A stretch of 64,000 bases of DNA from a virus (Duplodnaviria; Caudoviricetes), in the IMG/VR virus record IMGVR_UViG_3300037067_011169, positions 23,302 through 87,301 of that record; one strand, given 5' to 3'. The notes under the pieces were generated by a model. It was not told the DNA's origin. It did no database searches and saw only the letters and a program-made list of their open reading frames with translations. Positions 1 to 9,529 of this stretch are shown here, one piece after another (the first letter of the stretch is position 1; the number at the start of each line of letters is the position of its first letter). The translations under genes were made by a program, and so were the position numbers.

Positions 1-409
1 TCCCGGTGCTTGAGAATCCCGCAGCCCCACGTTCTGTCTCCGACAGACTGTAGGATTCAACAAGTTCATCCTGGACCACTTTCTGGATAAGGAATTGGGC
101 AATTCGGTCACCTTGGTAGACGTGATAGGGTTGAGTCGTCGAGTTGAACAGCATGACGAGCCATTCACCCCGATAATCCTCGTCTACGACACCACCAAAG
201 ACGGTGAGACCCTTCTTTCCCATGCCACTTCGGTCCCAGACGAGTCCGACATGACCGGGCGGAAGCTCGATTGCGATCCCAGTGCGAACCGTTGTGACTT
301 CGCCTGGTGGGCACTCTCTGTCCGTCGAAGCGTAGAGGTCATAGCCAGCCGAGTGGTAAGACCGTGTTGGAATGAACGCTTCATCTTTAAGTCGTTTCAC
401 TGCTATCAT
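1..409 (-). CDS. dut: dUTPase (trimeric type), 3' end cut by window edge; not in the ORF track
   Basis: Manual translation from ATG 409 (ATGA overlap with the deaminase stop): MIAVKRLKDEAF..SAGYDLY..DRSGMG..GVVDEDYRGE..GDRIAQ..ERGAAGFSSTG, covering all five dUTPase motifs. Confidence 0.95.
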   Translation of the reverse strand, partial: MIAVKRLKDEAFIPTRSYHSAGYDLYASTDRECPPGEVTTVRTGIAIELPPGHVGLVWDRSGMGKKGLTVFGGVVDEDYRGEWLVMLFNSTTQPYHVYQGDRIAQFLIQKVVQDELVESYSLSETERGAAGFSSTG

Positions 410-927
410 GGTTTCCAGATTTCTCCATTGAAAAGGGCTTGTGTGTCAATCGCTCCGTCATACAAGTAGGTCTTCACGCCGGCATCCTCAAGCATTTCAT
501 TGCCCAACGCGATCGTCTCACTCCAATGGTAATCTCCCACATGATCGAACATCTGCTTGTGACCAATGACCTCCATGATTCCTGACTGAATGATCGCTCG
601 GGCGCAATCGGAACAAGAGAACCATGGACAGTACAGAGTCCCTCCTACGGGACTCTCGCCGTTTCGGCAGGCATGATAGATGGCATTTCTCTCAGCGTGC
701 TCGATGAAGTTGTACTTCTTTGGACGTTCCAATCGATCGGCCGTGATCCGTACATCTCGTGGGAGACTATTCGTTCCGGTTCCGATTACACGTCCTTCGG
801 CGTTGACTAGGACCGCGCCGAGTTTGGTATGTGGATCAGAAGAGAACATCATTGCCAGACGGTACGCTTGGCGAAGATACTCTCTTGTCTGCTCATTCTG
901 ATGGTTCTGATGGTTCTGATGGTTCAT
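406..927 (-). CDS. dCMP (deoxycytidylate) deaminase
   Basis: HAERNA and PWFSCSDC zinc-deaminase motifs, SSDPHTKLGAVL; likely start ATG 927, N-terminus carries an NHQ x3 repeat. Confidence 0.92.
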   Translation of the reverse strand: MNHQNHQNHQNEQTREYLRQAYRLAMMFSSDPHTKLGAVLVNAEGRVIGTGTNSLPRDVRITADRLERPKKYNFIEHAERNAIYHACRNGESPVGGTLYCPWFSCSDCARAIIQSGIMEVIGHKQMFDHVGDYHWSETIALGNEMLEDAGVKTYLYDGAIDTQALFNGEIWKP

Positions 928-2648
928 ACTCCACACACTCCCCCATGCCCTGTGAGCATACACACGTCATGGGTCTCGACTGCTTCCTCAAATTCCTTCC
1001 CCAAGTTCTCAACAGCTTCCTGATACGGCACGGCTGTCAGAGGCTGGCCACCTCTTGCCCCATCTGGATAGCATGTGAAGCCACGCAGACGGGGAGCATA
1101 CTTGGCCAACGTTGCAGCGAATTCATCCACCGTTTCTGGGTTGTTCCGCCGAGTTCCCCATCTTGGCAGGTTGATGGTGCTACTGATGGCTTGATCGACG
1201 TAGTCCTGGATGTCCGCTTGGACTCTCATTCGCCGTTCAAAATCCTCCGCAAGGTCCAGAGCACTCTCGACCTTGTCAGGCTCAAGTGCATAAATCTTGA
1301 TGAGTTCCTGGGCAGCACTATCCACCACATACTGATAGTGCCACTTGGTTCCCTCCCGTAGATACCGCCGCTTGTAGGCGACGGCGAAGATCGGCTCAAT
1401 GCCGGTGCTCGTTCCCGCGAGGATGCCGATCGTGCCAGTCGGCGCGATTGCTCGTCTAGCAATGGGCCTTGACACGTTCAGCTTGTCCGCAAACTCATTC
1501 GATGTCTGGTTTGTGACCCCTCGGTAGAAGCGAAGCCAATTATGAAGTTCTGGCGTCACCTCATATCGGTATCCTCGTTTGAGTAACCATTCGTGGATGC
1601 CCATGAGTCCAACACCAAGTCGTCGGTTCTTTTCACGAACCTGTCCGATCTTAGGATAGGGTAAGTCGGCGCGCAATGTTCCGCAGAGGAGGAATTTGGT
1701 AGCCAATTCAAGGATGGTTTTGAACTCATCGATCGTCTCAATGCGTCCCAGGTTGATGCTTCCAAGGTTGCAGACATCGGAGTCGTCACCAGATACCACT
1801 TCCGTGCAAGCATTTCGTAGTGTATCCCTCTCCTGCTCAAACAAATTGAAACTGAACCCTGGTTCAGCGGTTGAAACGGCTTGCAGCACATTCTTCTTGA
1901 ACAGTTCGCCGCAATCACCACACTGGCACAACTGAAGATACCAAGCAGTATCGTAGTTGATCGAGATATTCGTCATGTCAAGGGGTGCTGGCCAATTCTG
2001 ATCGTATTGCTTGACCTCGGCCAACGTGAGTTTTGTTCCTGGGACAAGAATCTCATGCCAATTTTTGGCCATCAAGAATTTGTCAACGTCACCGTGCTGC
2101 CAGTTGAGTGAAGCGTAGATTGCTGATCGGCGAGACCCACCCTGCATGACGTTGCGGCCAATCTCGTTTATCATCAGCATCTTGGGGATGGGGCCACTCG
2201 ACAGCCCTCCAGTGCCTGAGAGAATGGAGTTGCTCTTTCGATAGGTGCTATAGTCAATCCCAATTCCACCGCCCGTCATCAAACAACTCTCCGCTTTCCA
2301 GGAGAGGTTGGCCCAGTCTTCCCGCGTATCCTCTTCTGCGCGAAGCAAATAACAGTTGTTATAGAACTTCCTTGACCTGCCCGCGTAGTAGAGGTAGCGT
2401 CCGCCCGGAATGAACTTCAACTCACGAATATACTTCTTTAACAGTGTCCTTTCCTCAGTGGTAAGAAGTTGCATCTGATGAGGTTGTTTGGGTTCACAAG
2501 GGTCCCCAACGACACCACACACATCCTCAACGAGAACGTCCGCTAACTTGCTCCATGTTTCGCAGCCGGTGTGCTGATACTTGGCGATGAAGATATCTTC
2601 GCTGAACTTCGAGCGAAACATGGGGTTGACTTCAGAGTGAAACATCAT
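924..2648 (-). CDS. nrdJ: Ribonucleotide reductase, probably class II (adenosylcobalamin-dependent, NrdJ-like)
   Basis: PGGRYLY, NNCY, NACTEV (N-x-C-x-E), VCNLGSIN, APTGT, C-terminal Cys pair; no small-subunit gene in the window; GGAG RBS before ATG 2648/2645. Confidence 0.8.
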   Translation of the reverse strand: MMFHSEVNPMFRSKFSEDIFIAKYQHTGCETWSKLADVLVEDVCGVVGDPCEPKQPHQMQLLTTEERTLLKKYIRELKFIPGGRYLYYAGRSRKFYNNCYLLRAEEDTREDWANLSWKAESCLMTGGGIGIDYSTYRKSNSILSGTGGLSSGPIPKMLMINEIGRNVMQGGSRRSAIYASLNWQHGDVDKFLMAKNWHEILVPGTKLTLAEVKQYDQNWPAPLDMTNISINYDTAWYLQLCQCGDCGELFKKNVLQAVSTAEPGFSFNLFEQERDTLRNACTEVVSGDDSDVCNLGSINLGRIETIDEFKTILELATKFLLCGTLRADLPYPKIGQVREKNRRLGVGLMGIHEWLLKRGYRYEVTPELHNWLRFYRGVTNQTSNEFADKLNVSRPIARRAIAPTGTIGILAGTSTGIEPIFAVAYKRRYLREGTKWHYQYVVDSAAQELIKIYALEPDKVESALDLAEDFERRMRVQADIQDYVDQAISSTINLPRWGTRRNNPETVDEFAATLAKYAPRLRGFTCYPDGARGGQPLTAVPYQEAVENLGKEFEEAVETHDVCMLTGHGGVCGV

Positions 2649-2872
2649 TGCTCCGTATTGGCGGCGACCGGCCGCAGGGACAGGGTGATAACAGGAATGA
2701 GTTGACCGGACTCTACAATGTCGTCTGGATGTTGAAAATCGAGCGTAAACATCGAACAAGGAGTATTGGTTTGCTCCATCCCAAAGGCCATCGCCTCGAA
2801 GATGGTTGCCACCCCTTCCCCTCTCATCGGAGACTCACGCAAGCGCGCAAGTGCAGCAGGCGCTACGTTCAT
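2645..2872 (-). CDS. Hypothetical protein
   Basis: Fills the operon gap with overlapping stop/start junctions. Confidence 0.55.
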   Translation of the reverse strand: MNVAPAALARLRESPMRGEGVATIFEAMAFGMEQTNTPCSMFTLDFQHPDDIVESGQLIPVITLSLRPVAANTEQ

Positions 2873-3155
2873 CGTTCTCTCTCCTTTGGATGATGATATC
2901 TAGTGGCAACCGTTTGTTCGGCGAAACACCCAACGCTTTCTTGATAAGCGATCGTGCCTCGCCCCGGGTGTTCGCGGTTACTTCGCCATTCTTGTCCTCG
3001 TGATACCAATTCCACAAATACTTCGGCGGAGCCTTGCTTGGGTCAACGATCAGCCCATCCGCAATCATCTGGCGCTTCATCTGGCGCTTCAGGTATCCGA
3101 GCACCTCTTCATAGGTAAATTTGTGCTGCCGGGGAAACTGAATGCTACGAACCAT
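2835..3155 (-). CDS. Hypothetical protein
   Basis: GGAG RBS and ATG 3155; contains a KRQM x2 duplication. Confidence 0.6.
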   Translation of the reverse strand: MVRSIQFPRQHKFTYEEVLGYLKRQMKRQMIADGLIVDPSKAPPKYLWNWYHEDKNGEVTANTRGEARSLIKKALGVSPNKRLPLDIIIQRRENDERSACCTCALA

Positions 3156-3618
3156 GTGTACTCCTTGTTGATAAGGTGAATCGCACCCCGTCCTCCACTC
3201 TCCCATACATCTCATAGAAGTCACGGAGCAAGGGGACAGTGGGTATGAATCCCACAGAACTGAGCCATGGGGATATGTCGTCTGGGTCGCCTGGCCGAAG
3301 TAGTGTTTCCGGCACAATCATTTGGACTGCAAGCAGATTGGTATCCTTCGCATATTGGAGGCAACTGGCTATCAGTGCTCTGCCTACTCCCAATCTCCTG
3401 TGCTCGCTTTTGACGCCAATCTTCACGATGTTGAGATCAGTATCATCTGCCCTGAAAAGCACCATTCCTATTGGAACGCTCTTGTCTGTTGCCACCGTAC
3501 CCAGGCACGTTTGGCCAAAGATACGCCATTCCTGGAGTGTCCAAGGAAAGTCAAAGCACTTGAGATCGATGTCAAACAGGTAGTGGGCGTCATTCTTCGT
3601 TGCTGCACGAATCTGCAC
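3145..3618 (-). CDS. GNAT family N-acetyltransferase (RimI-like)
   Basis: IGVKSEHRRLGVGRAL acetyl-CoA motif A, DLKCFDFPW RimI-like N-terminus; AGGAG RBS and GTG 3618. Confidence 0.85.
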   Translation of the reverse strand: MQIRAATKNDAHYLFDIDLKCFDFPWTLQEWRIFGQTCLGTVATDKSVPIGMVLFRADDTDLNIVKIGVKSEHRRLGVGRALIASCLQYAKDTNLLAVQMIVPETLLRPGDPDDISPWLSSVGFIPTVPLLRDFYEMYGRVEDGVRFTLSTRSTHGS

Positions 3619-3622
3619 GATG

Positions 3623-4618
3623 CTATCTCCTGAACTGTGGCCTGGCCATTTTGGCGAACATGTCCTCTTCGAGCGATCCGTCAGATTGAAGTGCCACCAC
3701 TTTCTTTTCCAGATGTTGGCAGAGGACATCACTCTCCTCTCTGGACAGATCGGAGAATATCCAGCCGCTCGTAATTGCCGTCCAGCACTCTTGAGCCTGC
3801 GTCAGCACGAGATTCTGGTGCGCACTACTGATGCGCCCTCGATGTTGAGCAATACGAAGTAGGGGATACCCTTCAGGCATCGCTTTCGATACGATCTCGT
3901 CAATGAAGGCAACGACCTCTTCGTCGCCGATCTGTTCACCGAGCAACCAACCGTACTTGCACAACTGGTCGGCATATTCAGTGTTGCCGGCTTCCAGGTA
4001 GGTTTCGCATATCTCCAGACCGTGATGATCGTAGGGCATGTACTCGGGATGACACTTCATGTGTGTCCGACTTGGTTTGTAGGGCTCTCCGTAGCCGTCC
4101 CTGCACAGGCGAAACAGCTTTGAGGGGCTCGCGCTGTACTTGGAACAGAACCCCTTGACTTTCCAATCGAGGATGACGTGGACGCCACACTCGTGGACGA
4201 AACGACAGTCAGGTTTTCCAAGGAAGGGCACCCCTCCAATCTCGCCTGTGACCTCGAACTCGAAACGGGGAGTCTCTTTGGACTTTTGAAGCATCTCCAG
4301 CAGTTCATCAAAAGCACCCGTGAGCCGATAGCAGTCAAATACATACTGACCGGCCGCGAGCGAGAAGTCACGATTGTGCGGTTCCACCTGCGTCTCGAAG
4401 ATGGTCTGGAACTCGAATGCCGGGTCCGTCCCCTTCCCGAACAGGCGTTCATGCAAGGCCGATTTGGCATAGGCATCAAAGGATGCGCCAATCGACATGT
4501 AGTTTTCTTGAGCAATCTTGGGGGCCCTGGTTTCCGCCAGGTGGCACATGTAGAACTCTTCCTTGTTCTTGCCCCAGAGGGACAGGGAAGAGTGACTAAG
4601 ATACTTGGGAGTTCTCAT
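3623..4618 (-). CDS. PD-(D/E)XK nuclease superfamily protein
   Basis: GKPD...ILDWK motif spacing and a QL..Y-like motif. Confidence 0.6.
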   Translation of the reverse strand: MRTPKYLSHSSLSLWGKNKEEFYMCHLAETRAPKIAQENYMSIGASFDAYAKSALHERLFGKGTDPAFEFQTIFETQVEPHNRDFSLAAGQYVFDCYRLTGAFDELLEMLQKSKETPRFEFEVTGEIGGVPFLGKPDCRFVHECGVHVILDWKVKGFCSKYSASPSKLFRLCRDGYGEPYKPSRTHMKCHPEYMPYDHHGLEICETYLEAGNTEYADQLCKYGWLLGEQIGDEEVVAFIDEIVSKAMPEGYPLLRIAQHRGRISSAHQNLVLTQAQECWTAITSGWIFSDLSREESDVLCQHLEKKVVALQSDGSLEEDMFAKMARPQFRR

Positions 4619-5084
4619 TCAGCGCCTCGTTGGATATGACATAACGGCCTTCGTAGTCTTCCGCAATGGACCACCCCTTGAGCCTGGATCGGCAGAATGG
4701 AATGATGATACGAAGATTGGATATCAGTCTCGGGTCGTTTAGGGCTTGATGGAGATCAGACCAGAAGACGACTTCATCAGTGACCGTGGTTGCGCCCTTC
4801 TTGTTGCGTCTTGGATTGATCGCACAGTCACAGACGTAAACGAGATACTCCTGACCGCCATCAATTGTTCCCAAGAGCATCACGTCTGAATCATTGCACT
4901 TCAGACCAGTTTCCTCAAACAACTCTCTGACAGCAGCTTCATGGACAGTCTCGCCTTCTTCCACAGCCCCTCCAGGCAGATTGTATAGACCTGCTTGCCA
5001 CGCCGGCCGCCGCTTCTCAATCAGCAAGACCTGATTCGGATACCCGTAATCAGGAGTAACATGACATAAGACGTACTCGTTCAT
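4596..5084 (-). CDS. NUDIX hydrolase
   Basis: GGAVEEGETVHEAAVRELFEETG fits the Nudix box. Confidence 0.95.
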   Translation of the reverse strand: MNEYVLCHVTPDYGYPNQVLLIEKRRPAWQAGLYNLPGGAVEEGETVHEAAVRELFEETGLKCNDSDVMLLGTIDGGQEYLVYVCDCAINPRRNKKGATTVTDEVVFWSDLHQALNDPRLISNLRIIIPFCRSRLKGWSIAEDYEGRYVISNEALNENSQVS

Positions 5085-5608
5085 TCAAGCATTTCCTCAA
5101 TTCGCTCTTGCAGGTAGACGACCACGTCGTCCACGTACCCCATCCCTGCATAATCATTCCACTCGCGCGGACACCAGATCGCGGCCCCACCAACACGGTG
5201 GAACCCAGCCACATTGGCTTTGTCATCATCAATCAACAACGTTCTGGCATTCGCACACCAAGCCTTGTCGATCGTCAGTATGTACCGTCGTGCGTACTCC
5301 GGCATTTGTCGCTGAAGCCACGCGATCTTTCCATCCGCTGATCCTTGGACCGGGGCTGGTTTCGTGCAGACGATGACGTTTTCGGAACCAACCATCCTTT
5401 CGCACATGTCAAGGATGCGTTTGCCATCGTGCATCCAAGGCAAGGTCTCCCACCACTGCAAGTTGGTATCCTTCCACAACTCGCTCTCCGGTGATGGGAA
5501 ATACTGCTGCCTTATCGTTGTCAGGTAATCCCATTTCTTGTGCTCTGACACCGCAGCGTGGAGGTTGACCAATACCCCGTCCATGTCGAGAAAGATTTGC
5601 TTACTCAT
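5081..5608 (-). CDS. HAD-family 5'(3')-deoxyribonucleotidase
   Basis: IFLDMDGVL, K..W, LLIDD motifs. Confidence 0.85.
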   Translation of the reverse strand: MSKQIFLDMDGVLVNLHAAVSEHKKWDYLTTIRQQYFPSPESELWKDTNLQWWETLPWMHDGKRILDMCERMVGSENVIVCTKPAPVQGSADGKIAWLQRQMPEYARRYILTIDKAWCANARTLLIDDDKANVAGFHRVGGAAIWCPREWNDYAGMGYVDDVVVYLQERIEEMLE

Positions 5609-6680
5609 TGTCCGTCCCACCTTTTCTCGCTAGGTAATCAGCGCTGACGCTCTTCAGAATCAGACGACCACCAGTGGGAGCATAGAACTGTTCGCGCCAG
5701 GGTGTGATGACACATCCTTCTCGATCCTTGAATGCGGACTTGATTTCATCTGGACTAGCCAACGTCGTGGGACCATACGTGTATTGGTCAATCAGGCCCT
5801 GATGGAAGGGGCCCTCATAGAGTACAGGAACTGTGTCCACGTTGAACTTCCGGCAAAGAAGTTTCACGAATCCCCAGTCGAGATACTGCCCATCGACACT
5901 GATGTCAAAGACGCGATATGCCCGATGGACACCGTAGTCCATATCTTGGACACCATGACCGTAGATTTCGCCGAAGACAATGGCTGACCGTTTGTTGTTC
6001 TCTTCGTTGCAAAGGTGTGTAAGGAGATTGAGGATACGTTCGTCCTCAAGAGGTTCCCAGTAGATCGAGTGGTACCCTTCTGTGGGACGGCGTCTCCGCG
6101 TCCGATGGGAGCCAGCCATGAACTCAAAGGTCTCGTCATCAACCCGGATCAGCCCTACCCGACTGTTTGTTCCGTGAATCTTCTCCGTGATCCGAACTGG
6201 CATCCCACACGGAAAGGCATCGTTGTGCTTCCAGAAGTGCTCGATAGTCGTGTACTTGTGGAACAGACTAACTTCTGGAGCCAATTCCCCATCCGTCAAC
6301 CGAGGTGGGGCAACGTATTGCTCGGCCTGATATGCTTCGGAGACATCAGACCCAATCGGTTGATCGGCCAAGAACTCTGGGACAGGCACGATGAATCCAT
6401 AACTTGGTTCCTGTCGGAGCCGGCACGCCGCGACACGACAGGGACATTTCTGGCCCTGAATTGTCCCGTGTTTCAGATAGTTCTGAACCTCCAACTTCTG
6501 GCTGACTTCGGGTGGGATCAGGATGTCAGGTGGGAAGAAGACAACATGCTGTTTGGCTACGAATTGTCCTTTGGGAACCAACGTAGGAAGACTGTTGACA
6601 ATGGCGATCTCAAGTCGATCCGCATTGGGATGCGGTTTGATCTCTGTGATCTTGGCGATTTCAACGAACACTGTTGACAT
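5601..6680 (-). CDS. RNA ligase, DRB0094/Rnl5-like family with N-terminal OB domain
   Basis: IKPHPNADRLEIA N-terminus, TEKIHGTN (motif I), VFGEIYG, VFDI, EGCV, ILKSVS. Confidence 0.88.
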   Translation of the reverse strand: MSTVFVEIAKITEIKPHPNADRLEIAIVNSLPTLVPKGQFVAKQHVVFFPPDILIPPEVSQKLEVQNYLKHGTIQGQKCPCRVAACRLRQEPSYGFIVPVPEFLADQPIGSDVSEAYQAEQYVAPPRLTDGELAPEVSLFHKYTTIEHFWKHNDAFPCGMPVRITEKIHGTNSRVGLIRVDDETFEFMAGSHRTRRRRPTEGYHSIYWEPLEDERILNLLTHLCNEENNKRSAIVFGEIYGHGVQDMDYGVHRAYRVFDISVDGQYLDWGFVKLLCRKFNVDTVPVLYEGPFHQGLIDQYTYGPTTLASPDEIKSAFKDREGCVITPWREQFYAPTGGRLILKSVSADYLARKGGTDNE

Positions 6681-6702
6681 AGGAATAACCTTCACGTATG
6701 GA

Positions 6703-6900
6703 CTAGGACTGCGTTTGTGCGAAACTGTCAAGGGCCTTCGTCAGTGCCAGACCACAGATCGCCATGTCCTGGTATTGCCCCTCCGGCATCCTGGCAATGA
6801 CCTCAAGAGCCGAGGGCAGTTGCATCAAAGTATCGAAGTTCATCCTATCGATGGTACCCAGCGCGTCTCGCCAAGCGGTGAACTCACTGATGCCTGGCAT
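6703..6900 (-). CDS. Hypothetical protein
   Basis: Short ORF between the two ligases; start uncertain (6900 or 6975). Confidence 0.45.
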   Translation of the reverse strand: MPGISEFTAWRDALGTIDRMNFDTLMQLPSALEVIARMPEGQYQDMAICGLALTKALDSFAQTQS

Positions 6901-6922
6901 CGTGCGCGAGCTAATATGCAGC

Positions 6923-8008
6923 TTATTCTTCGTTCCTTTGCCGCCAGAAGCGGGCTTCTTTTGGGATGTTGTCATCTGTCAGTTCCCTAAATTTGAATGT
7001 GACGATTTGGCCGAGTGTGAAGTGCCTCCCAGCGAAAGACGAGGGCATGTCTTCCCCGGGATGCTTTGCCGCGATATCGCTCATTTCGGGGTTGAGGAAT
7101 TCTCGCTCTTCATCTGTCAGACCGGAAAGTTCAAGTCTCTTACCGTCATAGTCCAGGATGAGAGCACCAATCTTCCCCCTTAAACGGCTGCCCTTGTCCG
7201 TCTCTCTACCCGATGTGAAACCGACTATGGTTCCCTCTGCATCCTGGAATGGTTTGTACTTCAGGATGCCCCGGTGCCGTCTAGGAGTCCACGTACTGAG
7301 TGGGTCCCGCACGATGCACCCCTCGCCACCCTGCGTCAGGACCTTATCAAGAAAGCCCTCCATGAACTGTCGTGCGTCTTCTTCTGTCTCTGGCAATCGC
7401 GTCTGTTGGTGAAGAAATACAAACTCGTTCTGAGCTTCCAATGCGCCACGAAGGAACATCAACTCATCATTGAACGTGGCCGGGGGATTCAAGTGCATGT
7501 ACCCAGGAAGTAACCTGGCTGAAAACCACTTCTGAATCTCCTCCAACGTGAACGTCATGGTCATATTGGCGTTCTTGATTTCGCCAGAGCCGAAGAGGTA
7601 CTCCGGTGCAGGCGCACTGTAGACTGCGTAACTGACCAGATGGAAACGAGGGTCGGGCGTGTCGCCAGCGCAAATGCTTCGGCAGAGTTGGAAGTTACCT
7701 CTGCCGGCCCATAGTTCTCCATCCAGGGGACACGCCGGCAACGCATTCAGAAATTTGTCTGGTGCGATGATCGGATTGCCGTAGCGAGACCACAAACCCG
7801 TGGCGAGAGGTTTCACCTTAGCCTTCGGTGTCCCCGTTTTCGGGTCTGTGATGTTCGCCCAGGGAACCTCCGTCGTCCTCATTCCGCGAGTGACTCCGCC
7901 GTCCCAAAAGCATCGGGTGCCATCCAGTTTTTCGCTGATGAGATAGCCGGCGATCTTGTGTTTTGCTGGGTCATACGTCTCAGCCAGTTGCAGGAATTCA
8001 CGCTTCAT
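6923..8008 (-). CDS. ATP-dependent DNA ligase (minimal phage type)
   Basis: SEKLDGTR, LDGELW, GGEGCIVR, LKYKP, C-terminal OB fold; likely start ATG 8008. Confidence 0.93.
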   Translation of the reverse strand: MKREFLQLAETYDPAKHKIAGYLISEKLDGTRCFWDGGVTRGMRTTEVPWANITDPKTGTPKAKVKPLATGLWSRYGNPIIAPDKFLNALPACPLDGELWAGRGNFQLCRSICAGDTPDPRFHLVSYAVYSAPAPEYLFGSGEIKNANMTMTFTLEEIQKWFSARLLPGYMHLNPPATFNDELMFLRGALEAQNEFVFLHQQTRLPETEEDARQFMEGFLDKVLTQGGEGCIVRDPLSTWTPRRHRGILKYKPFQDAEGTIVGFTSGRETDKGSRLRGKIGALILDYDGKRLELSGLTDEEREFLNPEMSDIAAKHPGEDMPSSFAGRHFTLGQIVTFKFRELTDDNIPKEARFWRQRNEE

Positions 8009-8288
8009 CGATGTATCTTTCGCAGTATTGGTTGATGGTTTCACTAAAATCCGCGACGTAGCTTCCCGCGCATCCGGCTGCCAGAACGATCCATGGGTTG
8101 GTTCCGAAAAGCGCCAAACCCAAAATGACACCACACCAGAAGCCACAACACTGATAGCACTCGAAGATGCCATAGTAGAGTAGTCTTGGAAGATGGGCCT
8201 CAGCGAAGGCATCTACCGTATCCATGATCCTTCCGTTGATGATGATGCGAGTCATTCCGATGACAGCAAGAAGGAAGAGCCAGATCAT
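7998..8288 (-). CDS. Small membrane protein with CxxC (DUF1360-like)
   Basis: Hydrophobic segments and ECYQCCGFW. Confidence 0.55.
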   Translation of the reverse strand: MIWLFLLAVIGMTRIIINGRIMDTVDAFAEAHLPRLLYYGIFECYQCCGFWCGVILGLALFGTNPWIVLAAGCAGSYVADFSETINQYCERYIDEA

Positions 8289-9133
8289 ATTGGTAGCTCC
8301 GTTAAGTTCCTGGTTACGTGTCCGTCAGTCCAATCGAATACACCGACGCTCCCGTCGAGATCGATCCGAACGAAACTATTCACGGCTTCAGCCCAAGTAC
8401 CACAGTTGTAGAGCCGGCCCTCCACCATGCCGGGTCGATGGGTGTGGCCTGTAATGATGATGTTCTTCCCTCCATCCTGAACCAGGTCCTGATTCATCTT
8501 CCTGAATCGGTCTGGCTTTCCGCAGATGCGATGCCACAGGTCAACAAGCCGGTCCATGCGACCTATGGTCTTACTCTCAACAGTTCGATATTTCCCAGCC
8601 ATTGGACTTCCGTTTCTGTCTTCTTTCAGACCAGCGTAGATAGCAGTGATTCGTCCGATGCCGGGGGCGTTGTTCGCACAGTACGGATCAGCCTCATGGC
8701 CATGGCTGATACGGAAGTTCTTCCCGGCCACGAAGAGGTTCGCGGCCATGCACATGCTGTCAAAGAAAGGATGGGGAAGCCATGTCTCGGCCTGGCCGAT
8801 GAAATAGTAAAGGTCCGCATCATGATTTCCTAGAACGTACACTGCACGCATCGCTTCAAAGCGATCGAACAGCCATTCGCTCTCAGTCAGCACCTTGCTG
8901 ACGTTGTTTTGCCATAGCTCCAGTAAGTCGCCGGCAATCACCAGACGACCGTTCTCTCGGTCAACGTGATCGAGAAAACCAAGGAACTGCTGTTCCCGGT
9001 GGCCCACCGCGAAATTGTCCCGAGCGCCGCCGGCACCTTTGTGGATATCACTGACGACAAAAAAGGGGCCGTTTCTATCACGGCCCTGCGGATGATCGAT
9101 GAATCGATTCATCGCTGCGAGTTGGTTAAGCAT
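8285..9133 (-). CDS. Calcineurin-like metallophosphoesterase
   Basis: SDIH, AGD, GNHD, SHGH, GHTH, NCG motifs. Confidence 0.88.
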   Translation of the reverse strand: MLNQLAAMNRFIDHPQGRDRNGPFFVVSDIHKGAGGARDNFAVGHREQQFLGFLDHVDRENGRLVIAGDLLELWQNNVSKVLTESEWLFDRFEAMRAVYVLGNHDADLYYFIGQAETWLPHPFFDSMCMAANLFVAGKNFRISHGHEADPYCANNAPGIGRITAIYAGLKEDRNGSPMAGKYRTVESKTIGRMDRLVDLWHRICGKPDRFRKMNQDLVQDGGKNIIITGHTHRPGMVEGRLYNCGTWAEAVNSFVRIDLDGSVGVFDWTDGHVTRNLTELPI

Positions 9134-9506
9134 GTTCCACTCCGAATGCTGGAAGTTGTTCTTGAACCTGGGCGAGAACCATCGACGCATCCAGATTGCG
9201 TTGGCCGTCAATCGCCATGTTCAATTCGTCGAGACCGATAATGCCCAACTGGCACGCCCGAATCATGGCGATCGTCTTGACTAAGTCTTCTCCACAGACA
9301 TCCTTGTAGAGCATCCAGAGTCGTGATCCATAGATGCCATACTCATCAAGGAAACAGAAGACACCGATCGACCCCAATAGGTTGTCCGGGTCAATAGACT
9401 CTGCTCTTTGAAGAGTCTCCACGAGCACGCGAATCGCGCCCGGGAGACCCTCGGAGAGTGTGTAGATGACATCTTGTACGGTGTCGGAAAGCTGAATGCG
9501 GGTCAT
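9126..9506 (-). CDS. Hypothetical protein
   Basis: GGAG RBS, ATG 9506, operon fit. Confidence 0.65.
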   Translation of the reverse strand: MTRIQLSDTVQDVIYTLSEGLPGAIRVLVETLQRAESIDPDNLLGSIGVFCFLDEYGIYGSRLWMLYKDVCGEDLVKTIAMIRACQLGIIGLDELNMAIDGQRNLDASMVLAQVQEQLPAFGVEHA

Positions 9507-9529
9507 ACTCTTCTCCCTTACGTGTAGGA

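Noticed and set aside
2648-2872. Cobalamin riboswitch expected upstream of the class II RNR
   Set aside because: The space is occupied by an ORF and no B12-box sequence was seen
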